Virus record (IMG/VR): IMGVR_UViG_3300011114_000654
Coordinates: 1 to 59,001 of that record
DNA length: 59,001 bases
Direction: 5' to 3' (one strand)
Source: a virus
Taxonomy: Duplodnaviria; Caudoviricetes
Shown here in pieces: positions 18,001 through 27,635 of this stretch. The position numbers and the translations under genes were made by a program. Numbering within the stretch: position 1 is the stretch's first letter; each line of letters begins with the position of its first letter. The notes under the pieces are model-generated. The model saw only the letters and a program-made list of their open reading frames with translations, was not told where the DNA came from and searched no databases.

Positions 18001-21000
18001 TCTATAACATCTCTTAGCCTTTGGTCGGTAATAGACTGATGTCCGGCTTCATAGATTTCCGGCTTGATGAGGTGAAGTACATTTCTCGCTTCATAGAAGG
18101 GGATGGCATAACCTTGCGCCGCTTCGTTTCCGAAATGCCAGACTCTTTCAGTATCTTGGATAGCCTGAACTGGAATGCGTCTCTTAGAGAGTTCGCCGGT
18201 AATGTTGCCGACGGCTTTCTCAAAATCGTTGAGGGATTCTTCATATGTCTTACCTCTCTGCTCCACGTTGTGTAGCGTTACAGACTGTCCATCAATACTC
18301 TTACGGAGATATGGATACATACGCTTCATAGAAGCATATACGTTGTCTGTTACTGGACCATCAAACTCAAAGGTGACTGATGGCTCTACTGAATAACCAC
18401 GCTTCTGGTTGTAGCCTATCTCTTCACCAGGGTTTGCCTTTGTGACGAGTAATGCCTCTGAGATGTTGTTACGGATAGCAAAGTCAATAGCCTTACCGAT
18501 GGTGTCAACCCCAGCATCGTTGATGCCAATTGTTCCATCGATGACTAATACGTCATTTATCTCCATCAACTTGATGTTGCTGTTACCTAAGTCTGAGCGT
18601 AGGACATCAGAGTCAACTCGCTGTTGAACAATAGGGGTAACAGACTCACGTGGCACACCACTTCTTGTTGAAGACTCAGCGAAGTCTACAGGTGTACGTG
18701 AATCAGGATTGATAGTGGAACTTTGACCGTTGGCTAACGCTCTGTCCGCTTTGTCTGCAAAAGGATTTTTCCGACTGGAGTACAGGACATTACCGCCGGT
18801 GTTACCTGCGTCATCGTTATAAGACGCCCGTTTATTACGGCTTTGTGCCTCCAGCGCAGCTGCAAATGGTGCTGCGTCCGCAATATTGGCTTGCAGTTCT
18901 GGTAGTGACCGTCGCATCCACTTTTCTGCTGTGAGCTTGCGATTGCCTTGCTTTGTGAATGTGTCACGAGTTCTACCTTCTCCCGCTTTCATTGTACCAA
19001 TTACGTTGAGCCAGTTTTGTAGACTCAGTGAATCATCACCGTTAGTGGAGACATCAGATAGCAATCCATACTCGTTAGCCTGATTGACGATAGCTAAGAG
19101 ATTATTAGGGACAATGCCCTCAAGCATACCTGCAGCACGTTCAACATCCTCAGGCTTATTACTTGCAGCCTTGATTGAGTATTCCTTTAGGACGTCATTA
19201 CTGAATGCCGTAATACGCCCAGTCATACCAGCGTAAGAGTTATCTTCAAGAGCTTTGCTTACAGCGTTATACGGATTATCAAGACCAATGACCTGAATAT
19301 TACGTGGACCAGATGAACCAGATACAAAGTTCAACAACATCTTGCCAAACTCTGGAGCCATACCAATATCATCAGATAGAGCAATCACATCTCGTGGAGT
19401 GACCTCAGTCTGCGTTGATGTTCCATCCTCAGCGTATAACTCAACAGCAACAATAGGCTTATCAAGATTGCGCTTGGAAACGAGTAGTGGTCCAAAAGGA
19501 TACTTCTTAGTAGAAAGAATCTTTCCACGAACAGGTACACCATTTACATCAATAATGACAGGTGCGTTATCCCACAAAGAGATGCGCTGCCAATCATATG
19601 GAACAGCCCACTGAACCTCATACTTACCATTCTCAAGAGGCGTCACAACAGCCGAGGACATCTCTGAATATGCAGAACGCATAAACGTACGCAAGTTATC
19701 CCAAAGCTCTGTCATACGAGCCTTGGCTTCAGCACTACCCTGCTTTTGAATGAAAGCATTCTCACCATTCAGGAATGATGCCTTCATACGTGCTGCAAAC
19801 ATCTCTTGCATTTCATATGAGGCTATGCTCTGGTTTGTAGTCGTAGGCTCACGTAGAGTTTTACCAAGTTTGGTTGCTACCTCACGTGCCATATCAACAG
19901 GCATATTCTCAAGAATGGCGTGTGACAGTTCTTCTATGATGGTGTTAGGGTCAGCCTGATTCATAGTGATAAACACTACTTGTTGACCTACATCATTATT
20001 CTTGTCACGAATATTGACATACGCACCTTCACCTACAAAGACTTCATCAAACGCAGATGAGATATTAGGTGCCTTAGAAAGTACAGCGAATACAGGTGTA
20101 TTCGTCTGATATCTCTCTCGGATAAGTTTCGACTGTACCTTACGTACAACTTCACGCTTTTGGTCAATCGATAATGCGTCACCAAAGTACATGACACGCT
20201 CATCACGTGAGTACGTACCATCAGGGTTGAGTACTAACGCTCTCTTTGATGCTTCCTCATTCAACATAGTAATAATGTTGGTGACACGAGGAACCTCAAA
20301 CTTCTGATAAAGGCGAGCAATCCTATTCCTTACAAGCTTTTGCTTTGTAGCCTGTTTAGTGTCGGTGTCAAGAATAGGGACTTCATCAATACTGTACTTA
20401 GTGAGGCTGCCACTAGTAACTGTAGACGAAAACTCACGCACACCTTGAGCGTACTGTTGTGCAATCAAAAGGTCTCTGTTTACAAATGCACGAATCCACT
20501 CGTCGTAATACTTTGATACAGAGTCTGCATATCTATCAACCTCTGATGCTGGCATCTTGACGTTAGCGTCTTTGATTACTTGCTTGAGAATATCCTTGAG
20601 TTCGGTGACATTACGTGCCTTGCGGAACACATCATTAATGTCTCCAAGCCCTTCAATAGATGCGGTAATGCGTACAAGAGAATCGTCATCAAGCATCTCA
20701 ACATCACCTGGCATAGTGACGTCAAGTGCGCTACCTTCTTCGGCTGGGAGAATATCTGCTTCACCTAACAATTCACCTTCAGTGATAATAGATGGCTTAG
20801 GCTCTTCAACTACAACAGGTTCAACAGGGGCTGGAGTAGGCTCAGGAGTAACAATAGGAATGTCTACTTCGGCAGCACGTTCCTCTGCTTTACGCAAACG
20901 AGCTTCACCAAGCGTCTCTTCCTCAATAGGGTTAATCACTGGTGTAGCACGACGGCGAGTCCTACGACGAGGTGTAGGCGCAGGAGCCTCTGTAGGCGTC

Positions 21001-24000
21001 ACTGGAGGCGTTACTTCAGCAGTTGGCTCAGTTACCTTAGTACGCTTTGTAGGAGTACGTTCTCGTGGCTCAGGTGTAACCTCTGTTTCTTTAGGTGCTG
21101 GTGTAGGTTTAGTCTTAGCAGTAGGTGTTGCTGGCTCAGGACGTGGAGCCTCAGCACTCTTTGTGCGACGTGCCTTCTCAGGAGTTGGCTTTGCAGTCGT
21201 ACCACCATAAGCACGTGTGATAGCAGATTGTTGAACTGTAAACGCAGGAGCCATAGGATTGCTAACACTAACAACCGTTGGACCAAACTGCGTATTACCT
21301 ACAACGACACCATTATCGACGTCACCAGAAGGAGTTCTAAACTCAACAATAGAACCTACTTCATAGTCTGCATCACTCTTTGAGAATGACTTTGAAAATT
21401 CTTTACGTGTATTCTTACTTGCAGCGGACAATCTAGTCTGCGCTGTTCCACCCGGAACACCTTCAGAACGCATCTTATTACGATAACCATTTAGGTTATC
21501 TTTGCGTGTCTTAGCATCTGCAACTTGCTCAGGTGTAAGAAGGACTGGATGGTCTTGACCCGTAAAACGCTCTCTATCAGATGCCTTGAAGATAGGGTCA
21601 TACTTACTTCTATCAACTCTAAACTGCGATGGGTCAACAGCCATAGAAGATGTGTCTAGTATTTCACCCTCAAACTTCGTAGCGACAGAATCTCGTGATA
21701 ATCCCTCAACAGTATCGTTAGGGACAACCATCATGTCGAAGCCACCAACAGGTGATGGAACCTGCACAACAGAATAATTCTTGTCGATAGCCTTGACTAC
21801 ACGCCCGTAAAGAGGTGTGCCAACTACATCAATACGCCGATTGAAGTCAGTATCAGATGGACCTTCACCATCCTTTGAAGGAACGTAATCAGCTGCTCTA
21901 CTAAGGTCATACTCATAGTTCTTGAGTTGATAGCCAGTCCTATCACTTGGTGTAATACCACCAGCCTTGAATGCTTCAGCCGCTAGTTTCTGGTTATCAC
22001 CAAACAACATATCCGTACTGACCAAGTCAAGTCGTGACTCACCAGTCTTCTTATCCGTTGTCTTAACTGTTGCAAGACCATCATGCGTTAGACCAAGGAA
22101 CGATTGCGCTTCATCACCACGAGTCTGGACTTTACCAAACGTGCTTGCAGCCTTAGCGTACGTTCCAGCAATACTGAATCCCTTCTTAGGAGCCAGTGAA
22201 CTTACTGCATTCAGTAAGCTCTGACCAACCATAGGGTTGTCAGCACCAACTCTATCTGATTCAACTACAGGTGCATTACTGATAGTCGCAGACATATTCT
22301 CTGGGTTGATATTGACTACACGACCACCACCAATAGGGACTACGTTTTCACCTAGTGGATTCCTTGGTGTAGCAGTCGCTGTACGTGCCTCAGCAAATGT
22401 AGGAGTAATACCACCAGCAGAAGGAGTAGGTGTTGGAGTTACACCCGGTGTTACACCAGCACTAGGTGTACGAGCAAACGGTGATGGTGCAACAATTGGT
22501 TGATAGGCTTCAGGAGTATACGTATCGAAACGCGCATCCAGCCCACGAGTAATAGCCATACCAGCACGTTGTCCTGGTGCATTCAGGAATCTACCAAGCT
22601 TATGTTGTCCTTCAAACAATCCACCAAGAGCGGTCTTACCTAGAATCATCCATAGTGGGTCACGCTCTGCTTCAGGTTTTTGGTTGTTCTCTTGAAGTGC
22701 CATTGCAAGGTCAGAACTGGCTTCAACACCACGCTCTGCAACATCACTAAGGAACTCACGTCCCGGTGCAGATGCCGCAAAGCCACGACCAAACGTAGCA
22801 GCAGTACCAACACCCGGTATACGTTCTAACTGTTGACCAGCCGTTCTAGCACCCTGCATAAATGGAGTAGATGCTAACTTACCAGCAAGTCCTTGAGTAG
22901 GAACAGCCGCTGTCGCAAGTGCTTCCCTGCCAGCAGTACCTAGTTTAGTTGCAGCAAGTCCTGACTTTAGACCACCACCAAAACCTGTAGGTAGGGTTGG
23001 TCTACCCATCAAAAAGTTGGTAGCGAGTTGTCCTGCATAAGTGAACTCAGGGGAAAGTTCTCTACCCTCTTGCATATACTCAGCACGAGCTTGACTAAGT
23101 GGACTACGCTGAATGTCAAGCCCAAGACCAGTCTTTGATGGAGAATATGAAGACCCCATCGCAAGTTCGCCAAGTACGTTCTGAGCCTGTTGCGTTGCAG
23201 TAGATGCAGCAAGACCTGTACCAAAACCAACAGCAGCACCAGCTAATGGTCCACCAGCAAAAGTCGTAGGAATTGCAGCAAGACTACCAGTAATGCCACC
23301 AACAACAGTAGGTAATGCGCCTTCAGCAAAAGTAGAACCACCTATTTCAGATACTTCTGCACCATACTGAAATGGCTTTGATGGACTAAGTTCAGGCTTT
23401 GAATATAGAGTATCAGCAGTAAATTGGTCTACAGCCCTACCAGCCTCAGGGCTAAACGCAGATGCAATACGTCCAGCGGTAGACAATACAGGTGTGGCAA
23501 CTGCCTTAGATACACCAGAGAGGACACCAAAAGGCATACCAGCAAGCATAGCCGGTACAGTCTGAGGTCTATCGAATGCTGTAAGACCCCTTTCCTTCTC
23601 AAGTTTAGTTGCTGCTGCTTTACCTCTGGCTGCAATATCACCTGTCTTCTGACGTTGGTCATACATCGTCTGAGCAGGTTCACCCAACTCAAGAGTAAAA
23701 CCAGTATAGGTAGGTGCGTCTACATCAGCACCTTCTATCTGCCCACCAGTACGACGCAGTAGGTCAAGTGGTGTGATAGGCGTAGTCTTAGTCTGGGTAA
23801 CAAACCCTTGAGGTGTAGGGACTTGAACATCTACAGACTTGGTAAGTTTATTACCTTGAGAGTCCATTAACTGGACACCACGCAATACCTTTAGACGCTT
23901 ATCACCTACACCAAGATAGTTGTTATATTCTGATTGAGAGAGCCAATTCTTACGAAGACCCAGTGAAAGACTATTCTTGTATGTACCAAGAAGGCTAGAG

Positions 24001-24074
24001 TCTAAGAATGTACGGTCATCGTCAGCAAGAGTCTGTACAAGCCGACGGAATCTTTGCCTTTGGTCTTCAGCCAT
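15042..24074 (-). CDS. giant internal virion/ejection protein (large polyvalent protein, 3010 aa)
   Basis: Last of three ejection-type genes; Gly/Ala-rich hydrophobic N-terminus, Pro/Thr linker, degenerate zincin-like motifs, ART-like insert. Confidence 0.75.
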   Translation of the reverse strand: MAEDQRQRFRRLVQTLADDDRTFLDSSLLGTYKNSLSLGLRKNWLSQSEYNNYLGVGDKRLKVLRGVQLMDSQGNKLTKSVDVQVPTPQGFVTQTKTTPITPLDLLRRTGGQIEGADVDAPTYTGFTLELGEPAQTMYDQRQKTGDIAARGKAAATKLEKERGLTAFDRPQTVPAMLAGMPFGVLSGVSKAVATPVLSTAGRIASAFSPEAGRAVDQFTADTLYSKPELSPSKPFQYGAEVSEIGGSTFAEGALPTVVGGITGSLAAIPTTFAGGPLAGAAVGFGTGLAASTATQQAQNVLGELAMGSSYSPSKTGLGLDIQRSPLSQARAEYMQEGRELSPEFTYAGQLATNFLMGRPTLPTGFGGGLKSGLAATKLGTAGREALATAAVPTQGLAGKLASTPFMQGARTAGQQLERIPGVGTAATFGRGFAASAPGREFLSDVAERGVEASSDLAMALQENNQKPEAERDPLWMILGKTALGGLFEGQHKLGRFLNAPGQRAGMAITRGLDARFDTYTPEAYQPIVAPSPFARTPSAGVTPGVTPTPTPSAGGITPTFAEARTATATPRNPLGENVVPIGGGRVVNINPENMSATISNAPVVESDRVGADNPMVGQSLLNAVSSLAPKKGFSIAGTYAKAASTFGKVQTRGDEAQSFLGLTHDGLATVKTTDKKTGESRLDLVSTDMLFGDNQKLAAEAFKAGGITPSDRTGYQLKNYEYDLSRAADYVPSKDGEGPSDTDFNRRIDVVGTPLYGRVVKAIDKNYSVVQVPSPVGGFDMMVVPNDTVEGLSRDSVATKFEGEILDTSSMAVDPSQFRVDRSKYDPIFKASDRERFTGQDHPVLLTPEQVADAKTRKDNLNGYRNKMRSEGVPGGTAQTRLSAASKNTRKEFSKSFSKSDADYEVGSIVEFRTPSGDVDNGVVVGNTQFGPTVVSVSNPMAPAFTVQQSAITRAYGGTTAKPTPEKARRTKSAEAPRPEPATPTAKTKPTPAPKETEVTPEPRERTPTKRTKVTEPTAEVTPPVTPTEAPAPTPRRRTRRRATPVINPIEEETLGEARLRKAEERAAEVDIPIVTPEPTPAPVEPVVVEEPKPSIITEGELLGEADILPAEEGSALDVTMPGDVEMLDDDSLVRITASIEGLGDINDVFRKARNVTELKDILKQVIKDANVKMPASEVDRYADSVSKYYDEWIRAFVNRDLLIAQQYAQGVREFSSTVTSGSLTKYSIDEVPILDTDTKQATKQKLVRNRIARLYQKFEVPRVTNIITMLNEEASKRALVLNPDGTYSRDERVMYFGDALSIDQKREVVRKVQSKLIRERYQTNTPVFAVLSKAPNISSAFDEVFVGEGAYVNIRDKNNDVGQQVVFITMNQADPNTIIEELSHAILENMPVDMAREVATKLGKTLREPTTTNQSIASYEMQEMFAARMKASFLNGENAFIQKQGSAEAKARMTELWDNLRTFMRSAYSEMSSAVVTPLENGKYEVQWAVPYDWQRISLWDNAPVIIDVNGVPVRGKILSTKKYPFGPLLVSKRNLDKPIVAVELYAEDGTSTQTEVTPRDVIALSDDIGMAPEFGKMLLNFVSGSSGPRNIQVIGLDNPYNAVSKALEDNSYAGMTGRITAFSNDVLKEYSIKAASNKPEDVERAAGMLEGIVPNNLLAIVNQANEYGLLSDVSTNGDDSLSLQNWLNVIGTMKAGEGRTRDTFTKQGNRKLTAEKWMRRSLPELQANIADAAPFAAALEAQSRNKRASYNDDAGNTGGNVLYSSRKNPFADKADRALANGQSSTINPDSRTPVDFAESSTRSGVPRESVTPIVQQRVDSDVLRSDLGNSNIKLMEINDVLVIDGTIGINDAGVDTIGKAIDFAIRNNISEALLVTKANPGEEIGYNQKRGYSVEPSVTFEFDGPVTDNVYASMKRMYPYLRKSIDGQSVTLHNVEQRGKTYEESLNDFEKAVGNITGELSKRRIPVQAIQDTERVWHFGNEAAQGYAIPFYEARNVLHLIKPEIYEAGHQSITDQRLRDVIESSLSTVAERDIKLPGDWTYAQDNQERRLGIASNYDKLPANSYDTNPETKMAYDSLMSELDRQFTYLKMTASVDDSRLTALHKYGKHFLSEPIPPGMVRRVHYTKSKEALDSIAENGIRLSSAKGETYGEPNFVWSNESSLKAYEDMNLKPLVEFWEDPSKIKYNQQQLSDVKPEQIIAIHNGPMSFHLKDIVQDRGLDGAIELIERLNLTESKDKYEPYGEVYQALLEIRAKRDSAPKSKYKLKGKPLTDGHPLMAKSKHKDVNGIPLRYIDLLDSIHSTILDSVEVSSGGEHSAFAAFAAHSAITKDVNAIRALYTETFGRSNYKSLGGVDVHKAALAPIEDIKTGIVALDNRIDKTYETTESPFGDLPPNQVNNPMGRVQNVTGRGTPLYSLRPISDAAIKDIDDSDIPTPENPITFADEDGVETTFDDPKEYSTFIKVVQKIDESRFMQVFDAINALGRFPMAGDWSAPLIQNWMLANPIESPDLFFKSLLLGPKSLAPNLGFDNGVGTINKKMFKGREQVHIMGNEIRSNKYYELAKQSRLTLATSQYDRILDDLRAKREEKLAELRKTNPDATLPEIDLMDVDELDVDPDIQGVLSGERYVPLKASSERAMTMMKDYVKFNKFAQAMATYEELGYDTSSAGFKEAASDMAAVLNVMNGDIKFSAQEYDKAIGRMMRRVMFAPRWLASRVMADPIGRYFLGQTDVGKKWMELNGIPSTRSLNPYAFRANWKMLLKARALWFALLAYFGLYRPFDQFKVKTSIAAAGTKIQVGNYVFKAPGGSMMFLEFGDAFANALKMSPKDSPKEAREKFASMMGAVVEGRLVNAPAISILKEMFTGRDFMGKPVGYVDEDLKTWYDNVTKPMLKEIGIDAPEMNLSKLVTKNLMFLWMQSYLETYKAANDREEEDKNFEAAFVGAVNILGGRLRYNPPAGKGEYDYDTYGNPPGWQYYLLGSDKEEWLINPESELRPDQMEQVEEEVLE

Positions 24075-24086
24075 TATTGAACGCCT

Positions 24087-25730
24087 TTATTTCATTTGAG
24101 AGAGAGCCGTAGCGGCTTGCCCTAGTTTACCGCCCTGCGTCATACGCATACCGGTTTTGCCACTTGGGTCATATGGAACAAGCTTGCCACCAGCCTTGAT
24201 AAACATACCACCAACACCACCACCTTGAGGAGCAGGTGCTGGAGCAGGACCCGGCGCAGGTTGAGGATACGGTTGTGGCTGAGGATACGGTTGTGGATAT
24301 GGATACGGCTGTTGTTGAGGTGCAGGATATGGATAAGGAGCTGGTGGAGCATACCCTTGAGGTGCAGCCTGTGGGTACATATACTGCTGAGGTGCAGTAT
24401 TACTAAATACAGACATATCAAGGTCTACGTCACCAAGACCAAGGTTATCCATAGAGTTCTGGAACATATTGTAGTCAACACGACCACTAGCAGCTTGACG
24501 TAATGTCCCAACTTCACTCTCAAGGAATCCAACAATACTCCTCAATTGATTGACTTCTGAACTACGACCTTCAGTCTTTGCCTTAGCCATCTTCTCTTGT
24601 GCAGAGCGCAAAGAGCCTTCAGCTTTTGATAGGTTGCTCTGAGCAGTATTCTGTATCTTCCGCATATGGTCTGCCATCTTGAATGATGTGCTAATACCTA
24701 ATCTACGACGAGCATCATCACGTGCCATTACAGCAAGGTCACGACGTAATGCTAAACCAGCATACTTTACACCAAGGCTATCCTTAGCAATCTGAGTACG
24801 AAGGTCTGCATTCTTTATCTGGGATAATGCCTTCTCAGTTTTCAACTGCATCTCTTGAGGACGTATCTTTATCTTAGATTCGATATCTTTAATGGCAGCA
24901 TCAGTACGGTCGATATCAGCATATATCTTCTTGACCTTAGCACCTTCAGCACCAGCAGGAAGATAGTTTGCAACAACATCCTTTGCAGGTGTGACGTACG
25001 ACTTCATCATCTTGCCATCCTGCTCGGTAATACGAACAGTTTGACCAGTCTGTGGGTCTACGAATGAACCACCAGCACCAATACCTCTAGCCTTCAACGC
25101 CTCAGGTTCAGATACAAGCGCAAGTGGTGATACTGCTTCTTGACCTTTACCAATAACGGACTTGTATCCAGGGAGGAACTTGTTGACAATATCTGAGGAT
25201 GCACCCATTGCTGTAAGAGCATCACGTCCACGAGTAACCAAGAACTGCTTGGACTCTTCGTCTGGAGTAAGTTCGGCTTCTCTACGATAAGCTTCTGCCG
25301 ACTTGATGAGCGCAGCAATATCCATAGTTGGCTTAGGCAACAAGCCTTGCTGGATAGTTGATGGCTTCATCAGTTTGGTTACATCACCAAACCTAGTAGT
25401 CAATTCTTGTGCTGATTCAGGGTCAGCAGTCATAGACTTGAGGTAAACCTCATTTTCAGCACGTCTACGTTTACGTGCTTCAAGTACTGCTTGACGGCTG
25501 GCTTCATCCATACCCGGTACAGATAGTTGTTTTAGAGTATTATCGTCATCAAGTGCATCAAGTTCAGCGACACGACGGGCTTCCTTGAACTTAGTATCAA
25601 GTTCCATTCCACGCTGACGTCGCTCAGTTAACTTGAACTGGTCTTCAGCACGTTTATTCTGCTTCTGCTGTTGGACAAACTGATTACCCTGTTGGAATCC
25701 TTGCAGTAGTCCAGAAAGATTAATAGCCAT
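24087..25730 (-). CDS. internal virion/ejection protein
   Basis: Helical Gln-rich protein with a PQPY-repeat tail; podovirus gene order. Confidence 0.6.
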   Translation of the reverse strand: MAINLSGLLQGFQQGNQFVQQQKQNKRAEDQFKLTERRQRGMELDTKFKEARRVAELDALDDDNTLKQLSVPGMDEASRQAVLEARKRRRAENEVYLKSMTADPESAQELTTRFGDVTKLMKPSTIQQGLLPKPTMDIAALIKSAEAYRREAELTPDEESKQFLVTRGRDALTAMGASSDIVNKFLPGYKSVIGKGQEAVSPLALVSEPEALKARGIGAGGSFVDPQTGQTVRITEQDGKMMKSYVTPAKDVVANYLPAGAEGAKVKKIYADIDRTDAAIKDIESKIKIRPQEMQLKTEKALSQIKNADLRTQIAKDSLGVKYAGLALRRDLAVMARDDARRRLGISTSFKMADHMRKIQNTAQSNLSKAEGSLRSAQEKMAKAKTEGRSSEVNQLRSIVGFLESEVGTLRQAASGRVDYNMFQNSMDNLGLGDVDLDMSVFSNTAPQQYMYPQAAPQGYAPPAPYPYPAPQQQPYPYPQPYPQPQPYPQPAPGPAPAPAPQGGGVGGMFIKAGGKLVPYDPSGKTGMRMTQGGKLGQAATALSQMK

Positions 25731-27106
25731 TATCCGTAGAATGCCTTTCCGAAGTTTCGTTGTGTCATAGGTACTTCGCCTTCACGTAATACAGCTTGAC
25801 CACTTATTGGTTCACCAACAAATTCAGGATTACTACGTGCATACATCTTCATGTATCGACCAGTACGTGGGTCTAGGTATGCAACTAAGGCAAGACCATT
25901 ACCGAGGTCTTTAGTAATACGCTTACTAGGATTACGTTCAATCTCTTGCATAGTGGCAATATCAGTAACTTGTTGTATGCCACCGCCAATATTCTGAGGT
26001 TGCGCTCTACCTGCATTCACAATATCTTGTGGTGTTATTGCTGAATCTTGAGGTGTTGGCAAATTGAATGACACATCAGGTGCTTGTTCAATAGTAGTGT
26101 CTAACCCATATCCTAGAGTATTCTCAGGTGTAAATGGTGTATTTGTTGGCTGAGATGGTTGACCAGGGGTCTTCTTTCCACGAGTACGCATACGCTGTAA
26201 CTCAGGTTCTAACAACGCAAGTACTGAGCCAATACTTTCCATCTCCTGTTGACGGTTAGCCCTAGCAATAGCATCCTCTTGCATCTTCTGATTACGCTCA
26301 AGGTTCATCTGGTTCAACGCCATTTGAGATGCTTGCAGATTCATCCCTTGACCAGCCTGTAGTTCAGCAGCAGCCTGAGCATCTCGGTTAGCAAGTAGGT
26401 TAGCAGCCATATTCAACATCTCAGGACGTTGCTGTAGTTGCTGTTGAATAATAGCGTTATTAAGGTCAGCGGAACGCCCACTTTGTGCTGCAAGGTTAGC
26501 CTGTTCTACACCAGCCTGAATACCACCACCTACACCTCTTGCGGCTAAGTTCTGTTGCATAGCAGCCTCAGACGCAGCACCAATTGCACGATTTCTAGAT
26601 TCACCAGCACCATAGATAGGAGCAAGTTGACGGCTTGATATACCTTGGGTCAACATATCTAGCAGGTCACTCTGGGTCTTCTCATACTGAGGACGAATCT
26701 GTTGACGTAGTTCTGTAGCATCACGCATCTGCTGTGACGCAAAGTTCTTTTGACCTTCAATCATATTAGCGTTCATAGCCTGAGCCGCTAACTTCTTCTC
26801 ATCATATACAGGTTTACGTGGGTTCATCATTCGATTGAAGTTGATGCCACCTGTCAGGTCGTTGAATGTTTTGATAGCACCATATGCAGGTACTGCCGCC
26901 CTAAGGTAAGTATCAGCACCTGCCTCAAGCCCACCTTTAATGTCACCCTTAAGTGCTTTCTGACCAGCATTCAGATAGCCCATAGTGGTATTGGCGTTAT
27001 CAATACCTCCCATTCCACCAATACTATTAATATCCTTAGCCCACTGAGGGTTTTGCTTAGACATACGACCGAACCAAGCGAATGGATTTGCTGCGTTATT
27101 TGCCAT
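25730..27106 (-). CDS. internal virion / DNA-pilot-like protein
   Basis: Gln/Ala-rich with a LAARGVGGG motif; gene order. Confidence 0.6.
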   Translation of the reverse strand: MANNAANPFAWFGRMSKQNPQWAKDINSIGGMGGIDNANTTMGYLNAGQKALKGDIKGGLEAGADTYLRAAVPAYGAIKTFNDLTGGINFNRMMNPRKPVYDEKKLAAQAMNANMIEGQKNFASQQMRDATELRQQIRPQYEKTQSDLLDMLTQGISSRQLAPIYGAGESRNRAIGAASEAAMQQNLAARGVGGGIQAGVEQANLAAQSGRSADLNNAIIQQQLQQRPEMLNMAANLLANRDAQAAAELQAGQGMNLQASQMALNQMNLERNQKMQEDAIARANRQQEMESIGSVLALLEPELQRMRTRGKKTPGQPSQPTNTPFTPENTLGYGLDTTIEQAPDVSFNLPTPQDSAITPQDIVNAGRAQPQNIGGGIQQVTDIATMQEIERNPSKRITKDLGNGLALVAYLDPRTGRYMKMYARSNPEFVGEPISGQAVLREGEVPMTQRNFGKAFYG

Positions 27107-27185
27107 TATTTTGTACCGTCATTCGCCTATTTCCTTGTGCGAATCCTTCGTTCAATCTATTCCTGCATTATACATAGGTCTATAC

Positions 27186-27635
27186 CTAAGAGAAACTTAG
27201 CACCTGCCAACCCGGACTTGTGCCATCACTACACGCAATAAACGAACAACAAGTATGCGTGTTCTTCAATATGGTGAAGTGAGAAGGTCTCCATAACGTG
27301 TCGCCAGTCTGTACTGCAATACTCACTTCACGAGTACCTGAATCAACCTTTGCCAACCACACAATACGACCTATACAAGAGTTAGCAGGTGGCATCGTAA
27401 CTGCAATGTCATTACTAGTGCAATCACACCTCAGAACGTATGGAGCGTTATCAAGAGTAATCGTAGATGCAGTTGTAGTCGTAATCGTAACTTCAGCTGC
27501 AACTGCTTTAGGACGTTCGTTATATGTACTGAAGTCTCCTTCAATAACTAACGCACTACCACCCGGCAATACTGTTACTACTGGTACACCTTGGTCACCA
27601 GGGGGAACTACTGGGGCTGGTGTAGGAATACTCAT
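27186..27635 (-). CDS. virion structural protein
   Basis: Beta-rich fibre-like module (TMPPA...GR...KVD). Confidence 0.55.
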   Translation of the reverse strand: MSIPTPAPVVPPGDQGVPVVTVLPGGSALVIEGDFSTYNERPKAVAAEVTITTTTASTITLDNAPYVLRCDCTSNDIAVTMPPANSCIGRIVWLAKVDSGTREVSIAVQTGDTLWRPSHFTILKNTHTCCSFIACSDGTSPGWQVLSFS

